A stretch of DNA of 64,000 bases, from positions 462 to 64,461 of the forward strand of contig PLOC01000003.1 in the NCBI GenBank assembly GCA_003141955.1, read 5' to 3'. Position numbers and translations under genes: made by a program. The notes beneath the pieces are model-generated. The model made no database searches and was not told where the DNA came from. It was given only the letters and a program-made list of their open reading frames with translations. Source of the DNA: Chloroflexota bacterium (GTDB lineage: Bacteria > Chloroflexota > Limnocylindria > Limnocylindrales > CSP1-4). Of this stretch, positions 1-11,741 are shown piece after piece; the stretch's first letter is position 1, and every line of letters begins with the position of its first letter.

Positions 1-210
1 GCGGCCGGCATTCACAGGCTCGTCGATGAACGAGACCGGCTCGCGCCGCTTCCCGTCCGGCGTGAAGCGCCAGTCGAAGAAGAGCGCGTCGGCCAGGTTG
101 GCCTTGTCGGTGATCTTGAGGAAGCGGGCCGGGCAGATCTGGTCCGTGTCGATGTTGGCGCGGGGGATCGAGATCACGCGGCTGGTGACTCTTGCGAAGG
201 GCTCGGACAT
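1..210 (-). CDS. leuD: 3-isopropylmalate dehydratase small subunit, N-terminal part (3' end lies beyond the window start)
   Basis: Minus-strand translation from ATG at 210-208 gives MSEPFARVTSRVISIPRANIDTDQICPARFLKITDKANLADALFFDWRF..., which matches the conserved LeuD N-terminus. The start lies 1 nt after the leuC stop (TGAcATG). Confidence 0.85.
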   Translation of the reverse strand, partial: MSEPFARVTSRVISIPRANIDTDQICPARFLKITDKANLADALFFDWRFTPDGKRREPVSFIDEPVNAGR

Positions 211-211
211 G

Positions 212-1651
<1,440 letters not shown>

Positions 1652-2130
1652 GTTTCCACTCGCGTTCGATTGTCCCGCCTCACAGCGGACGGGGCCATCG
1701 AGGTTACCAGATGAAGGCAAACGGGCGCCGGGCGGCTTTCGTCGGGCGGCCGCCGGCCGAGTTCGCGGGTCGCCCCAGCCGCGCGAAGCTCCTCAACACT
1801 CATGGAGGGAGTGGTAAGTGGAGCTGAGCGGCCGGCCGTTGCCATCCCGAGGGTCGCCGTGGGCGTCGATTGACCGTTCGCAGCTAACAGCCGCCCCTCA
1901 GGGGCCGAATCCGTATGGCTGAGCGGCCGCGGATCGACCCGCGGCCTCGCCAGCCGCACTTTGCACTCTCTCCATGCGTAATGGGGAATTCCCGGCCGGC
2001 CCCGGCCATTCGGGGCCGCTCTCGGGAGCGAGCGGGCCGTTCGAGCCGGTCCGAGCCGCTCGCCCGGCTCGGCGCGGCCGCCCGCGTGCCCGCGTGCCCA
2101 CTCCGCCGCCCACTCCGCTCGCGCCGCGGG

Positions 2131-4671
2131 CTACTCCAGCTCGAGCGACGCCCGCAGGCGGATGTCGCGCGACGAGGCGCCGACCTGGATCTCGAACCGG
2201 CCGGGCTCGATGCGCCAGCCGCCGCCGGCTTCGTCCCAGTAGGCAAGGTCGCGATCCTGGAGGGCGAAGACGACGTCGATGCTCTCGCCCGGCGCCAGGT
2301 GCACTGCGGTGAAGCCCTTCAGCTCGCGCGGCGGACGCCGGACCGACGACTCCAGGTCGGCCACGTAGACCTGGACGACTTCCTTGCCGGGGCGGCCACC
2401 CACGTTGCGCAGCCGAACCTTCAGCTGGGCCGAGTCGCCCGGGGGCAGGCCGTCGGCCGTGACCTCCAGCGACTCGAACTCGATGCGGGTGTAGCCCAGG
2501 CCATGGCCGAAGCAGAACCTCGGCTCGATCCCCGCGGCGTCGAAGTGGCGGTAGCCAAGGTTGACGCCCTCCGCGTAGACCAGTCTTTCTTCCGCGCCCG
2601 GCGTGGTGCTGAGCGCGGGGTAGTCGCACTCGCGGGCGGCGATCGTGAAGGGCAGGCGGCCACCCGGCTCCGACTTGCCGAGCAGGACGTCGGCCAGGGC
2701 GTTGCCGAACTCCTGGCCCGGCAGCCACGCGTACAGGACGGCGGCCACGCGATCCGCCCAGGGCAGGTCCATCGGGCAGCCGGCGTTGACGACGACGATG
2801 GTCCTCGGATTGGCCGCGGCCACGCGCTCCACGAGCTCGTTCTGGCGGCCGGGCAGCGTGACGGTCCTGCGGTCGCGGCCCTCGGATTCCCAGGCCTCGT
2901 CGTTGCCGACGACGATGATTGCCACGTCGGCCGAGGCGGCCGCGGCGGCGGCCCGAGCCAGCTGATCGCCTGCCTGAGGGGAGCGGCAGCCGATGTTCAG
3001 CTGACACGGGGAATGAGTCGCCGAATGGAGCTCGGCCGCGACCAGGACCGGCTCGCCGGCCCGAAGCTCGAACGTCCCGCCATCCTGGCTGCCTTCGAAC
3101 AGGGCCGTTGGGATGTCGGCCGCGGGCCGGGCGTCCCACAGGTCGGCCGCCACTGCGCCACCCACGAGCAGCCGCCGGCCGCCGAAGCCGCGCAGCTCGA
3201 TGTCATGCGGGCCGCTCTCAGCCGGGGTGAGCCAGCCCGACAGGCGCACGGCGAAGTCGTCCGCCTGGACGCCCTGGGGCAGGTCGCCGAATACGTGCAG
3301 CTCGCTCGAGTCGACATGCCATCTGGCGACCGGCTCGCCGGTCGGCTCCTGACCTCGGAAGAACTCGACGGTCAGGCCGGGCTGGCCGTGGAGGTCTCGC
3401 ACAGCCATTGCGGTCAGGGGCGGCAGAAACAGGTCGATACGGCAGCCCGGTTCGTGGACGATCTCCACTCCCGGAAGCGCGGCCCGAAGCCCCTCGATCG
3501 GGGTGACAGTGGGCGGGGCGGCGATGTGCGCGGCTCCGCCTCCCTGCGCGCAGGGCTTTGCCGCATTGGGCCCGATGACCGCCACCGTGCGGATGCCGGC
3601 CGGCGCGAGCGGCAGAATGCCGTCGTTGGCCAGCAGCACGAACGACTCGGCTGCGGCGCGGCGAACCAGCGCGGAAGCCGCCGCGTCGGAGAGGTGCCAG
3701 GGCTTCGCGGGATCGAGCGGCGTGCCGCCGTCGGCGCCTGGCCCGGCGGTCGCGCCCTCGGCGCCCTCGACCCGATTCGCGGCCAGCGCTCCGACGCGCG
3801 CCGCGAGAAGCAGCATCCGGCGCGCCTTGTCGTCCAGGACCGCTTCGCTCACCTCGCCCCGCCGAACCGCCCCGGCCAGCACCGCGCCGAAGAAGTGGGG
3901 GGGCCCGGGCATCTCCAGGTCTAGCCCGGCCACGGCCCCGGCCACCGTGTCATCGGCAGCGTGCCAGTCGGACATCAGCACGCCGTCCCAACCCCACTCG
4001 CCCTTGAGGATCTCGCCGACGAGATGATCCTGGTCCACGCAGTGGATTCCGTTCACGAGGTTGTAGGCGGCCATGATCGACCACGCCCCGGCGTTCACGG
4101 CGGCCTCGAACGGGACCAGGTAGACCTCGCGCAGAGTCCTCTCGTCGACCCGGCAGTCGACCGAAGTTCGATGGGTCTCTGACTCGTTGGCGACGTAGTG
4201 CTTGGGCGTGGCGGCCACCCCGGTCGACTGCATCCCCTCGACGTAGGCCGCGCCGAGCATGGCGGCCAGAACCGGGTCCTCGGAGTAGGCCTCGAAGTCC
4301 CGACCGCCCAGCGGTGAGCGGACCAGGTTGAGCACCGGCCCGAGCATGTAGTGGACGCCGGCTGACTTCGCCTCCGCGCCGATCCTGGCGGCGACCTCCC
4401 GCACCAGATCCACGTCCCAGGACGCGCCGAGGGCGGCGCCGCAGGGCGTGCAGGTGGCGGTCGAGCCGGCCGGGAAGGTCATGCCGCGGACGCCGTTCGG
4501 GCCGTCCAGCGTGACCATCGGCTCCAGGCCGATCGAGGGCGCGCCGGCGGCGTGCCAGGCGTCGATCCCGGCCGTTAGCCCAGCCTTTTCCTCGATGCCG
4601 AGGGCCCGGAGGAGCTCGTCCAGTCGTTCGGGGCTGATCGGTCTATGGGGGGCGGAGCGGTCGACCTGCAT
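2131..4671 (-). CDS. glycoside hydrolase family 3 beta-glucosidase-like protein
   Basis: 846-aa ORF with GH3 hallmarks: LGPVLNLVRSPLGGRDFEAYSEDP, KHYVANESE, the GVLMSDW nucleophile region, and the C-terminal FGHGLGYT and fibronectin-like tail. Third-codon positions are GC-rich. Confidence 0.85.
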   Translation of the reverse strand: MQVDRSAPHRPISPERLDELLRALGIEEKAGLTAGIDAWHAAGAPSIGLEPMVTLDGPNGVRGMTFPAGSTATCTPCGAALGASWDVDLVREVAARIGAEAKSAGVHYMLGPVLNLVRSPLGGRDFEAYSEDPVLAAMLGAAYVEGMQSTGVAATPKHYVANESETHRTSVDCRVDERTLREVYLVPFEAAVNAGAWSIMAAYNLVNGIHCVDQDHLVGEILKGEWGWDGVLMSDWHAADDTVAGAVAGLDLEMPGPPHFFGAVLAGAVRRGEVSEAVLDDKARRMLLLAARVGALAANRVEGAEGATAGPGADGGTPLDPAKPWHLSDAAASALVRRAAAESFVLLANDGILPLAPAGIRTVAVIGPNAAKPCAQGGGAAHIAAPPTVTPIEGLRAALPGVEIVHEPGCRIDLFLPPLTAMAVRDLHGQPGLTVEFFRGQEPTGEPVARWHVDSSELHVFGDLPQGVQADDFAVRLSGWLTPAESGPHDIELRGFGGRRLLVGGAVAADLWDARPAADIPTALFEGSQDGGTFELRAGEPVLVAAELHSATHSPCQLNIGCRSPQAGDQLARAAAAAASADVAIIVVGNDEAWESEGRDRRTVTLPGRQNELVERVAAANPRTIVVVNAGCPMDLPWADRVAAVLYAWLPGQEFGNALADVLLGKSEPGGRLPFTIAARECDYPALSTTPGAEERLVYAEGVNLGYRHFDAAGIEPRFCFGHGLGYTRIEFESLEVTADGLPPGDSAQLKVRLRNVGGRPGKEVVQVYVADLESSVRRPPRELKGFTAVHLAPGESIDVVFALQDRDLAYWDEAGGGWRIEPGRFEIQVGASSRDIRLRASLELE

Positions 4672-4793
4672 GTCGTGTCCTTCTGGGGGCGATGGCGCCT
4701 GAAATCGTAGCCCAGCCGCGGAAGGGGTGGTCGTCGCAGCGGTCGTGGCCTACCCTTGTTCGGCGTCCAGCGCAGCCGGGAAAGGGGCAGGGC

Positions 4794-5504
4794 ATGGCGA
4801 CCACGAAGAAGGGTGAGGACAACGGTCGAGCTGGCGGAGGAATCCCGGCTTCGAACGCGGGCGGCGCCTGGGGCCAGGGCCTGCCCGCCTACCCGGACTG
4901 GCTCCAGCCCTACCTGCCAGCGATGCACGACGGCTTCAACGGGTTCAACAGGTACGTCAGCGTGCCGGCCCTGAAAGCCGGCATGGGCAGGTTCGTGTCG
5001 AACCCGCTGACGGGCTACCTGATGATCCTGCGGACCCGCGGCCGTAGGAGCGGCGAGATGCGCGACGCCCCGCTCGGCTACATGATCGTCGGCGACGCTG
5101 TGTACGCCATGGCTGGCTTCGGTCGGGAGGCCCACTGGTTCAAGAACATCCAGGCGGACCCCCGGGTCGAGGTCATCCTCCCCGGTCGCGCCTTCTCGGG
5201 CACGGCCGAAGAGGTCACGGACACGGCCGAACGCCTGGCCGTCCTGCCTCCTCTTCTGCGCAGCATGGGCGGAGGCGCTGCGGCGATGGGCATGGGCAAT
5301 GTCTGGCAGATGACGCCTGAGGAGATCTCGGCCAGGTTCGACGGCCTGCCTCTGGTCCGGGTGCGGGCCACCGGCATCGCTGCGGGCCCCGAGGATCCGG
5401 GCGGCTGGTTCTGGGTCGTGCCCATCCTGTTCACGGGCTGGTGGCTGGTGCGATGGATACGAGGCCGCGGGCGCGCGCACAAAGCCCGGCGGGCGGACCG
5501 TTGA
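4794..5504 (+). CDS. deazaflavin (F420)-dependent nitroreductase family protein (DUF385/Ddn-like) with C-terminal hydrophobic tail
   Basis: Core region ...LRTRGRRSGEMRDAPLGYMIVGDAVYAMAGFGREAHWFKNIQADPRVEVILPGR... resembles the Ddn family. Start is chosen at ATG 4794 (MATTKKGEDNG) after the GAAAGGGG RBS; the ORF track extends to 4692. The C-terminus WFWVVPILFTGWWLVRWI is hydrophobic. Confidence 0.7.
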   Translation: MATTKKGEDNGRAGGGIPASNAGGAWGQGLPAYPDWLQPYLPAMHDGFNGFNRYVSVPALKAGMGRFVSNPLTGYLMILRTRGRRSGEMRDAPLGYMIVGDAVYAMAGFGREAHWFKNIQADPRVEVILPGRAFSGTAEEVTDTAERLAVLPPLLRSMGGGAAAMGMGNVWQMTPEEISARFDGLPLVRVRATGIAAGPEDPGGWFWVVPILFTGWWLVRWIRGRGRAHKARRADR

Positions 5505-6862
5505 CCGGGCCCGGCGGGACGTCTAGCGCGGACGGCGAGCCGTCGAGCCGACGCGGCCCCGCGCAACCCGGAGCCGGCGTCTTTGGCGCCGATCCGGCTC
5601 GTCGCCTCTTTGCCCGGGTCGCGTGCCTGGTCGTGGCTGTCATCGGCTGGGCCAACGTGGTGATCCTGGGGCGGGCGATGCTGTCGGCGTCGCCGCCCGA
5701 GGCTGGCTTCGACCTTCAACTCCTGCTCGACGCTGGCAAGCGCGTCGCAGCCGGCGGCTCACCGTACGACCCCAACGCGGTCGCGGCCGGGCTCCAGGCT
5801 CGCGACCTTTTCTTCTCATACCCGCCGGTCGTGGCGCAGATCTTGGCGCCGATCTCGGGTTTGCCGACGTGGCTCGTCCTGGCGGGCTGGTGCCTGGGCG
5901 CTGCAGCCGGGCTGGTCTTGATGGCTGCGCTCCTGCCGCGCTGGCCAATCGGCCGGCCCGCCCGGCCGATCGCCGACCTCTCTCTTGACACTGCGCTGCT
6001 CACACTCGCCGCGGCGCCGTTCTTCTTCCCGTTCGCGGTCGCGCTCCTGTTTGGCAACGTGGATGCCTGGTTCCCGTTCCTGTTCGGGGCGGTCGCGCTG
6101 ACCCTCGCGTCGGGTCGCGCCACTCCTTCGCGCCTGACGTCGGCGGCCGGAGGCGTGGCCCTTGCGGTCGCCTCTGCGGTGAAGCTGCACCCGGCCACGA
6201 TCGCCGTCTGGCTCGCTGCGGAACGACCGGCGCGGCCCGGCCTCCGTCGGCCCGGCCTCTTCGTCATCTGCGCGGCCGTCGCGGCGGGCGCGGCGATCCT
6301 GGCATTCAGCCTCGCCGTTGGCGGCGTTGGCCCCTGGCGCGAGTACATCGACTACCTTCGGGCGAGCGGAAATGCCGATCTGGCCTCGTCGGTGAACATC
6401 GGTCCGGCCAGCCAGCTTGCACTCCTGGCCGGCGACTCGAGTCTGGCTCGCCCGCTCGCGGTCGTTTTCGGCGTGATCGCGGTCGCCGCCACGCTCGCGT
6501 CCGCGAGGCTCTTGCGAGACCCGCTGGAGAGCTTCGGCTGGGCGGTCGTGGCCTCGCTTATCGTGCTGCCCGTGACCTGGTACCACTATCCCGTGGCGCT
6601 GGTACCGGTCGCGCTGGCGGCCTGGACTCGCAGCCGCGGAACGCCGCGCGGGCGCCGGGTCACCTGGGCGTTGATGGCGGCTCTTTTCGTGAGTGATGTC
6701 GCGATCGTGTTGCCGGTGGCGCTCTGGCTGGCCGTGGCGGTGCTGTTCGCCGCGGTTCGGTGGTCGCGCCCGCAACCGGGCCTCGAGCCTGCTCCGGACG
6801 CCGCACCGACGCCTCAGTCGGTTTCGGGCGAGGCGATCGCTCAGGTGCCGGTGCCCAGATGA
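5441..6862 (+). CDS. DUF2029 / GT87-family integral membrane glycosyltransferase (paralog a)
   Basis: Polytopic membrane protein with the DUF2029-type motif DLQLLLDAGKRVAAGGSPYD...LFFSYPP and a KLHP motif. Paralogous to 6859..7920 and 24896..25900. The start is uncertain: a TTG at 5501 overlaps the upstream stop as TTGA and is a plausible alternative. Confidence 0.7.
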   Translation: MAGAMDTRPRARAQSPAGGPLTGPGGTSSADGEPSSRRGPAQPGAGVFGADPARRLFARVACLVVAVIGWANVVILGRAMLSASPPEAGFDLQLLLDAGKRVAAGGSPYDPNAVAAGLQARDLFFSYPPVVAQILAPISGLPTWLVLAGWCLGAAAGLVLMAALLPRWPIGRPARPIADLSLDTALLTLAAAPFFFPFAVALLFGNVDAWFPFLFGAVALTLASGRATPSRLTSAAGGVALAVASAVKLHPATIAVWLAAERPARPGLRRPGLFVICAAVAAGAAILAFSLAVGGVGPWREYIDYLRASGNADLASSVNIGPASQLALLAGDSSLARPLAVVFGVIAVAATLASARLLRDPLESFGWAVVASLIVLPVTWYHYPVALVPVALAAWTRSRGTPRGRRVTWALMAALFVSDVAIVLPVALWLAVAVLFAAVRWSRPQPGLEPAPDAAPTPQSVSGEAIAQVPVPR

Positions 6863-7920
6863 GCATGTCCCGATCCGTCCGGGGGCACGGTGGGAGTTGG
6901 TCCGCAGACCTCATCGCGAGTCGCGTCGGTCGCCTGGTCCGGAGGGCGCTTGCCGAACCGCCGAGTCCACCGCTGCCTGGCGCCTCTCTGGAGCCCGGAT
7001 TCCGGCGTCGCTGGCTGGGGTTCTTCCTGCCCGGCGCGTTCATCCTGTTTTGGGTGATGACCTTCGCCGTCGGCTTCAACTCGCAAATAGTGGGCTTTGA
7101 CGCTCGCATCTACTACGACGGCTCGGCTGCCTGGCTGGCCGGCGGGAACCCGTGGACAACGGGCGCGCTCCTGGACGGACATCTGTTCAGCTATGCGGGC
7201 TTGCCCCCGACGGCGATCCTGCTTGCCCCGATGACGCTACTGCCTGAGGAAGCGTTCCTCTGGCTGTGGCTGGTTTTGTCAGTCGTGGCGGCGATCGTGA
7301 TCGTTCGAGCCCTTCGCTTGCCGGTCATCTGGGTTGTCTACCCGCCTTTGGCTATGGGCTTCATGTCGGCCAATCCGAATGTCGTTGTCGTAGCGCTCCT
7401 GCTTGCCGGCGCAACATGGGGCGGGGCTCTGGCCTCGGTAATCAAGATCGTCGCGATCCCGCCGCTCGTCGGCGAGCGCCGCTGGCGGGCGCTCCTGCTG
7501 GCGGCCACGGTCATGGGCGCATCGGCGATTCTGCTTCCAGGGCTGTGGTGGTCCTTCCTGCATCAGGCCGGGACGGTCCAGAACGCCATCAATGCCGAGT
7601 CCAGCGGCGGTTTCAGTGCCTGGGGCAAGCCGTATCTGCTCATCCCCACGGTCATCTCGCTCGGCGTCCTGGCGTTGCTCGACGTGCGGGCCGCTGCCTG
7701 GCTGGTCGTCCCGGCTCTGTTTCCGACGGCGCAGTACCACTACGCGATGTTCGCCCTTCCGGTCGACCCGTTCCTCGCCGCCTCCATGGCCTTTCCGATG
7801 TACTGGATGCCCCCACTCGCGACCATCGGCTACACGGCCGTGCGAATCGGCATCGTCGCGTGGCGGAGCTCAGGGCGTGCGAGCCCCCACCGTCCCGAGG
7901 CGCTCGGCAACTCCGAATAG
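6859..7920 (+). CDS. DUF2029 / GT87-family integral membrane glycosyltransferase (paralog b)
   Basis: Carries GFDARIYYDGSAAWLAGGNPWTTGALLDGHLFSYAGLPPT and a KIVAIPP motif, with multiple TM segments. Its ATG at 6859 overlaps the upstream stop (ATGA). Confidence 0.75.
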   Translation: MSMSRSVRGHGGSWSADLIASRVGRLVRRALAEPPSPPLPGASLEPGFRRRWLGFFLPGAFILFWVMTFAVGFNSQIVGFDARIYYDGSAAWLAGGNPWTTGALLDGHLFSYAGLPPTAILLAPMTLLPEEAFLWLWLVLSVVAAIVIVRALRLPVIWVVYPPLAMGFMSANPNVVVVALLLAGATWGGALASVIKIVAIPPLVGERRWRALLLAATVMGASAILLPGLWWSFLHQAGTVQNAINAESSGGFSAWGKPYLLIPTVISLGVLALLDVRAAAWLVVPALFPTAQYHYAMFALPVDPFLAASMAFPMYWMPPLATIGYTAVRIGIVAWRSSGRASPHRPEALGNSE

Positions 7921-8079
7921 GGTCGTGCGTCCGAATTCTCGGACTGCCGCCGCGAGAGGCCCAGGGTAACCGCCGAATCGGCGAGCTCCGCGCGGCCGAC
8001 CTACAATCCGACTCGCCGTCCCGCCAGAACGCCCGGCGGCGCGCCCGGTCGGGCGCCAGGAAGCCAGCAGGGAAGCCAG

Positions 8080-10932
8080 ATGTTCGATCGACTCGGCCGG
8101 CTCGTGCTCAAGCTCCGATTCGTGTTGGTCGCCGCATGGGTGGTTGGCGCGATAGCGTTCGGAGCCCTGGGCCCTTCGCTGGCGCAGGTTGGGTCGGCCG
8201 ACGAAACCAGCTTCCTGCCCAAGAACGCGGAGTCGCTGGCTGCGCTCAACGTCCTCGCGGCCGCCTTTCCGAGCGACTCGGCGCCGTCGACGGCGCTGAT
8301 CGTCTTCTCCCGCCAGAGCGGCCTGACCGACGCGGACCGCGCCGCCATCGAAGGCCTGAGCGCCTGGTTCGAAGGGACGAGTCGCCCGGCGGCCGTCCTG
8401 CGCTACGTCACCGCCGAGGGTACTCCCAGCCTGGCCACGATGTTCCGAAGCACGGATGGCGTGGTCGAGCTGGCCGAGGTGGAGTTCGACTCGCCCTCGT
8501 TCCTGCCGCGGACCAACACCGCGATCGACGCCACACGGGCTCATCTCGCCGCGCCGGGCGTGCTGCCGGCCGGGCTCGTGGCCCAGGTCAGCGGCCAGGC
8601 CGGGATCGGCCGCGACTATCTGGGCGCCATCCAGCAGGGCACGAATAGCACGACCCTGGTCACGATCGTGCTCGTCGTCGTGGTGCTGCTGCTCATCTAC
8701 CGCGCGCCGCTGGCGGCCCTGGTGCCGCTGGCCACGATCGGCTGCGCCTTCCTGGTCTCGCGCGGCCTCCTCGGCTTCCTGGCCCAGGGCGGCTGGCAGC
8801 TCTCCTCCGTCCTCGACTCGTTTATCGTCGTGCTCGTCTTCGGCGTCGGCACGGACTACACGATCTTTCTGATATCACGATTCAGAGAGGAGCTGGGCCG
8901 CAACAGCCACGACGACGCGGTCCGCGTCACCGTGAGCCGTATCGGCGCCGTCATCGCCGCCTCAGCGGCGACCGTCATCGTCGGCCTGAGCTCCATGATC
9001 GTCGCCAGCTTCGGCATGATCCAGACGACCGGCCCGGCCCTGGCCATCACGATCTTCATCACGCTCCTGGCCGGCCTGACCCTCACGCCGTCGCTGCTGG
9101 CGATCTTCGGCCGGCGGCTCTTCTGGCCGCTCCACGAGCAGACCAGGACTGCCGGCTCGGACGACAAGGGTTTCTGGGCGGCGGTCGCCCGGCGGATCAC
9201 GGACCGCCCGGGGCTGCTGGCTACGATCGTCCTGGTCGCGCTGGCGGCGCCACTTCTGGCGCTGCCCCAGCTCAAGCAGAACTTCGACGTGTTGCAGGAG
9301 CTGCCCAGCAACGCTGAATCGCGGATGGGTTTCGAGATCCTGAGCCAGCACATGGCCGAGGGCCAGTTGATGCCGGTCAACGTGCTGGTCGAGGTGCCGG
9401 GTGGGAATCTGGCCAGTCCCGCGGAACTGACCCTCATCGGGCAGCTGGAGCAGAAGATCGCGGCGGCGCCGGACATCCAGTCGGTGAGCAGCGTCGTCGA
9501 CCCGACGGGCCAGGGCAAGGTTTCGGACACCCTGAAGCCCGCGGTCCAGCTGGCCTCCATGGCGCAGGCCTTCGCGCAGCCGCCGAGCACGGACCTCAAC
9601 GTCCAGCTGAGCGACGCCTCTCTGGCGGGGATCGAGTCCACGGTCTCGTACGTTGGCGGGTTGGCCGGGGCTTATCCAAACGTGGCAGGCACGACCCTCA
9701 CCGCCGCCGAGGCGGATCTGGCCACTCTCCAGCAGAGCGTTGTGAACGGGCGCAGCCAGGCCAACGCGGCCAACCAGCTCGGCGCACTTGCCGATCAGCT
9801 GCAGGCAGCCGCCACGTCCGGCTCGTCCGCCTCGTCCGGCGACGTGGCCACGCAGCTGGCTCAGCTGAACACGTACCTGAACGAGCTCGGCGCGGCCGAC
9901 CCGGCCCTGACCTCGACCGCTGCGTTCAAGGCGGCTGAGAGCGCCATCCCGCAGGTCGCTGCCACCCGCGATGCCGGGGCCTTCGTGACGCTCGTCTCGG
10001 CTTTCCGCCAGATGCAGACCTGGTTCGAGGCCCAACCGACCGTCTTCTACTTCAGCCCGACGACCACGACGCCGACGGCCGAACAGCTGGCCGCCCAGCA
10101 GGCTACGGCCGCTGCGCGTGTCCGTCTTCCCGATGAGTTGGGCCAGCTTGCCGCCGCGTTCGGCGCCGGCGACCTTTACGCGCCGCCCGATCTGGCGGCG
10201 GCCTATGTCTCCAGCGCCGGGAACGTGACCCAGCTGTACGTAACCACCACGACCAACCCGTACGACACGGCCTCCTTCGACGCCGTTCGCTCGCTGCGGA
10301 CGCTGATGGCCGGCCAGGCGGCCAGTTTCGGGCCGGGGGCCACGACGTACGTGGGCGGCGTGACCGCCGAGTATGCGGACGTGCAATCGACGATTTCGTC
10401 CGACTTCCTGCGCGTGGCCGTGATCACGATTGTGGGCATCCTGATCGTCCTCATCCTGCTCCTGCGGGCCTTCGCCGCACCCGCGTACCTGGTTCTGACC
10501 GTGCTGCTTTCGTACTCGGCCAGCCTGAGCCTGTCGGCGTTCCTAATTCAGACCGTGTTCGGCCAGCCGGGGATCAACTACTTCATACCGCTCATGGTTT
10601 TCGTCCTCCTGGTGGCTCTCGGCTCCGACTACAACATCTTCCTGATGTCGCGGGTCCGGGAGGAAAGCGCCGCTCGGCCGCTGCGGCAGGGGATACGCGC
10701 GGCCTCCGCCCGCACCGGCACGGTCATCACCTCGGCCGGCCTGATCCTGGCCGGAACGTTCGGGGCGCTGATCACGTCGCCGCTCCAGCTGCTCTTCCAG
10801 GTCGGGGTCACGGTCGGGCTGGGCGTGCTGATCGACACCTTCATCGTCCGAAGCCTGCTGGTCCCGGCCATCACCGCCTTCATCGGGGAGTGGGCCTGGT
10901 GGCCGTTCCACCGGCGAGGGGCCGGACAGTAA
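8080..10932 (+). CDS. MMPL family (RND superfamily) transporter
   Basis: 950 aa with two MMPL signature TM bundles (GTDYTIFLISRFREEL and GSDYNIFLMSRVREE) and a large Ala/Gln-rich periplasmic insert. Confidence 0.85.
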   Translation: MFDRLGRLVLKLRFVLVAAWVVGAIAFGALGPSLAQVGSADETSFLPKNAESLAALNVLAAAFPSDSAPSTALIVFSRQSGLTDADRAAIEGLSAWFEGTSRPAAVLRYVTAEGTPSLATMFRSTDGVVELAEVEFDSPSFLPRTNTAIDATRAHLAAPGVLPAGLVAQVSGQAGIGRDYLGAIQQGTNSTTLVTIVLVVVVLLLIYRAPLAALVPLATIGCAFLVSRGLLGFLAQGGWQLSSVLDSFIVVLVFGVGTDYTIFLISRFREELGRNSHDDAVRVTVSRIGAVIAASAATVIVGLSSMIVASFGMIQTTGPALAITIFITLLAGLTLTPSLLAIFGRRLFWPLHEQTRTAGSDDKGFWAAVARRITDRPGLLATIVLVALAAPLLALPQLKQNFDVLQELPSNAESRMGFEILSQHMAEGQLMPVNVLVEVPGGNLASPAELTLIGQLEQKIAAAPDIQSVSSVVDPTGQGKVSDTLKPAVQLASMAQAFAQPPSTDLNVQLSDASLAGIESTVSYVGGLAGAYPNVAGTTLTAAEADLATLQQSVVNGRSQANAANQLGALADQLQAAATSGSSASSGDVATQLAQLNTYLNELGAADPALTSTAAFKAAESAIPQVAATRDAGAFVTLVSAFRQMQTWFEAQPTVFYFSPTTTTPTAEQLAAQQATAAARVRLPDELGQLAAAFGAGDLYAPPDLAAAYVSSAGNVTQLYVTTTTNPYDTASFDAVRSLRTLMAGQAASFGPGATTYVGGVTAEYADVQSTISSDFLRVAVITIVGILIVLILLLRAFAAPAYLVLTVLLSYSASLSLSAFLIQTVFGQPGINYFIPLMVFVLLVALGSDYNIFLMSRVREESAARPLRQGIRAASARTGTVITSAGLILAGTFGALITSPLQLLFQVGVTVGLGVLIDTFIVRSLLVPAITAFIGEWAWWPFHRRGAGQ

Positions 10933-11510
10933 GAGGGCGCGCCGCGACTGCGAGGTGGACCAGCGCGGTCGATGCTGCCCAGCCGGTGGGCAGAACGCGC
11001 GAATGGGCGACTAACGGGGCCGATTGCCCATCAGGCGGGCATATGCGACAACCTCCGGTCGACGACTGGCTGATGGCGTCGGATCTGCCCGGAGCCTGGG
11101 GCAAGTTTCGACATCGGCGGGCGCCGACGGATTCCTCGGGAGTCGTTGCGATCGGAGTTGCCCTGTTGGTGGGCAGGATCGACCGGTGTGGCAAGCCTCC
11201 GCCGCCCTGCGTTGCCGACATGCCCACCAGGTGGGCACCTCAGTCCGCGTGAGCCCGAGATCCAGCACGTGCATGTCCATCCGGGCAGGATCGACGCGGT
11301 GGCGGTCCGGCGGCGACCGGCGGTGGCCGCCCTCCGCCGCGTCCCGCAGCCATGATCTGCTCCAGTCGCGCGTCCGGCGGGCGATACCTCCGGTACCATC
11401 GTCCCACGGTCCCATTACTGGCGCCGGGGACACGGGTTGACCTGTGCTGATACACTCGCCGAACACCGCTCCGCTATGAGTCGGTGTAGTCGCTGTTACG
11501 GAGAACCAGG

Positions 11511-11717
11511 TTGGGTCTGTTCAACAGCAGGAACCGCCGCCACGTCGCCATCCTCGTTCGGACGGATGGTCGTCGCGTGCAGGTCCCCACCGACAACCTC
11601 GGCCTGGTCGACGTGTCCCTCCTCGGTCTACTTCGCACCATCGAGTTCGGTATTGAGCGCGTATTCGTACTCATTACCGGCTCCCGGCGGGAGGCTGGAC
11701 GCAGGGACAAGCGCTGA
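11511..11717 (+). other. candidate ilvB leader ORF rich in branched-chain codons (attenuation leader)
   Basis: TTG-initiated ORF in the 5' leader of ilvB. It encodes VAILV, LGLVDVSLLGLL and VFVLI runs and stops 25 nt before the terminator hairpin. Which internal start is actually used cannot be told from sequence. Confidence 0.35.
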
Positions 11718-11741
11718 CGACGCAAGCCCGAACGACCAGAA

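Noticed and set aside
1915-2130. GGCCGCGG-atcgac-CCGCGGCC palindrome and GCCCACTCCGC direct repeats downstream of the GH3 gene, as a terminator or leuC leader element
   Set aside because: No T tract is present, and GC-rich palindromes of this size are common by chance at this GC content. Noted but not called.
11437-11466. TTGACC ... TACACT as the ilvB promoter
   Set aside because: Spacing between the hexamers is only 8 nt, so they do not form a sigma-70-type promoter. The transcription start is left undefined.
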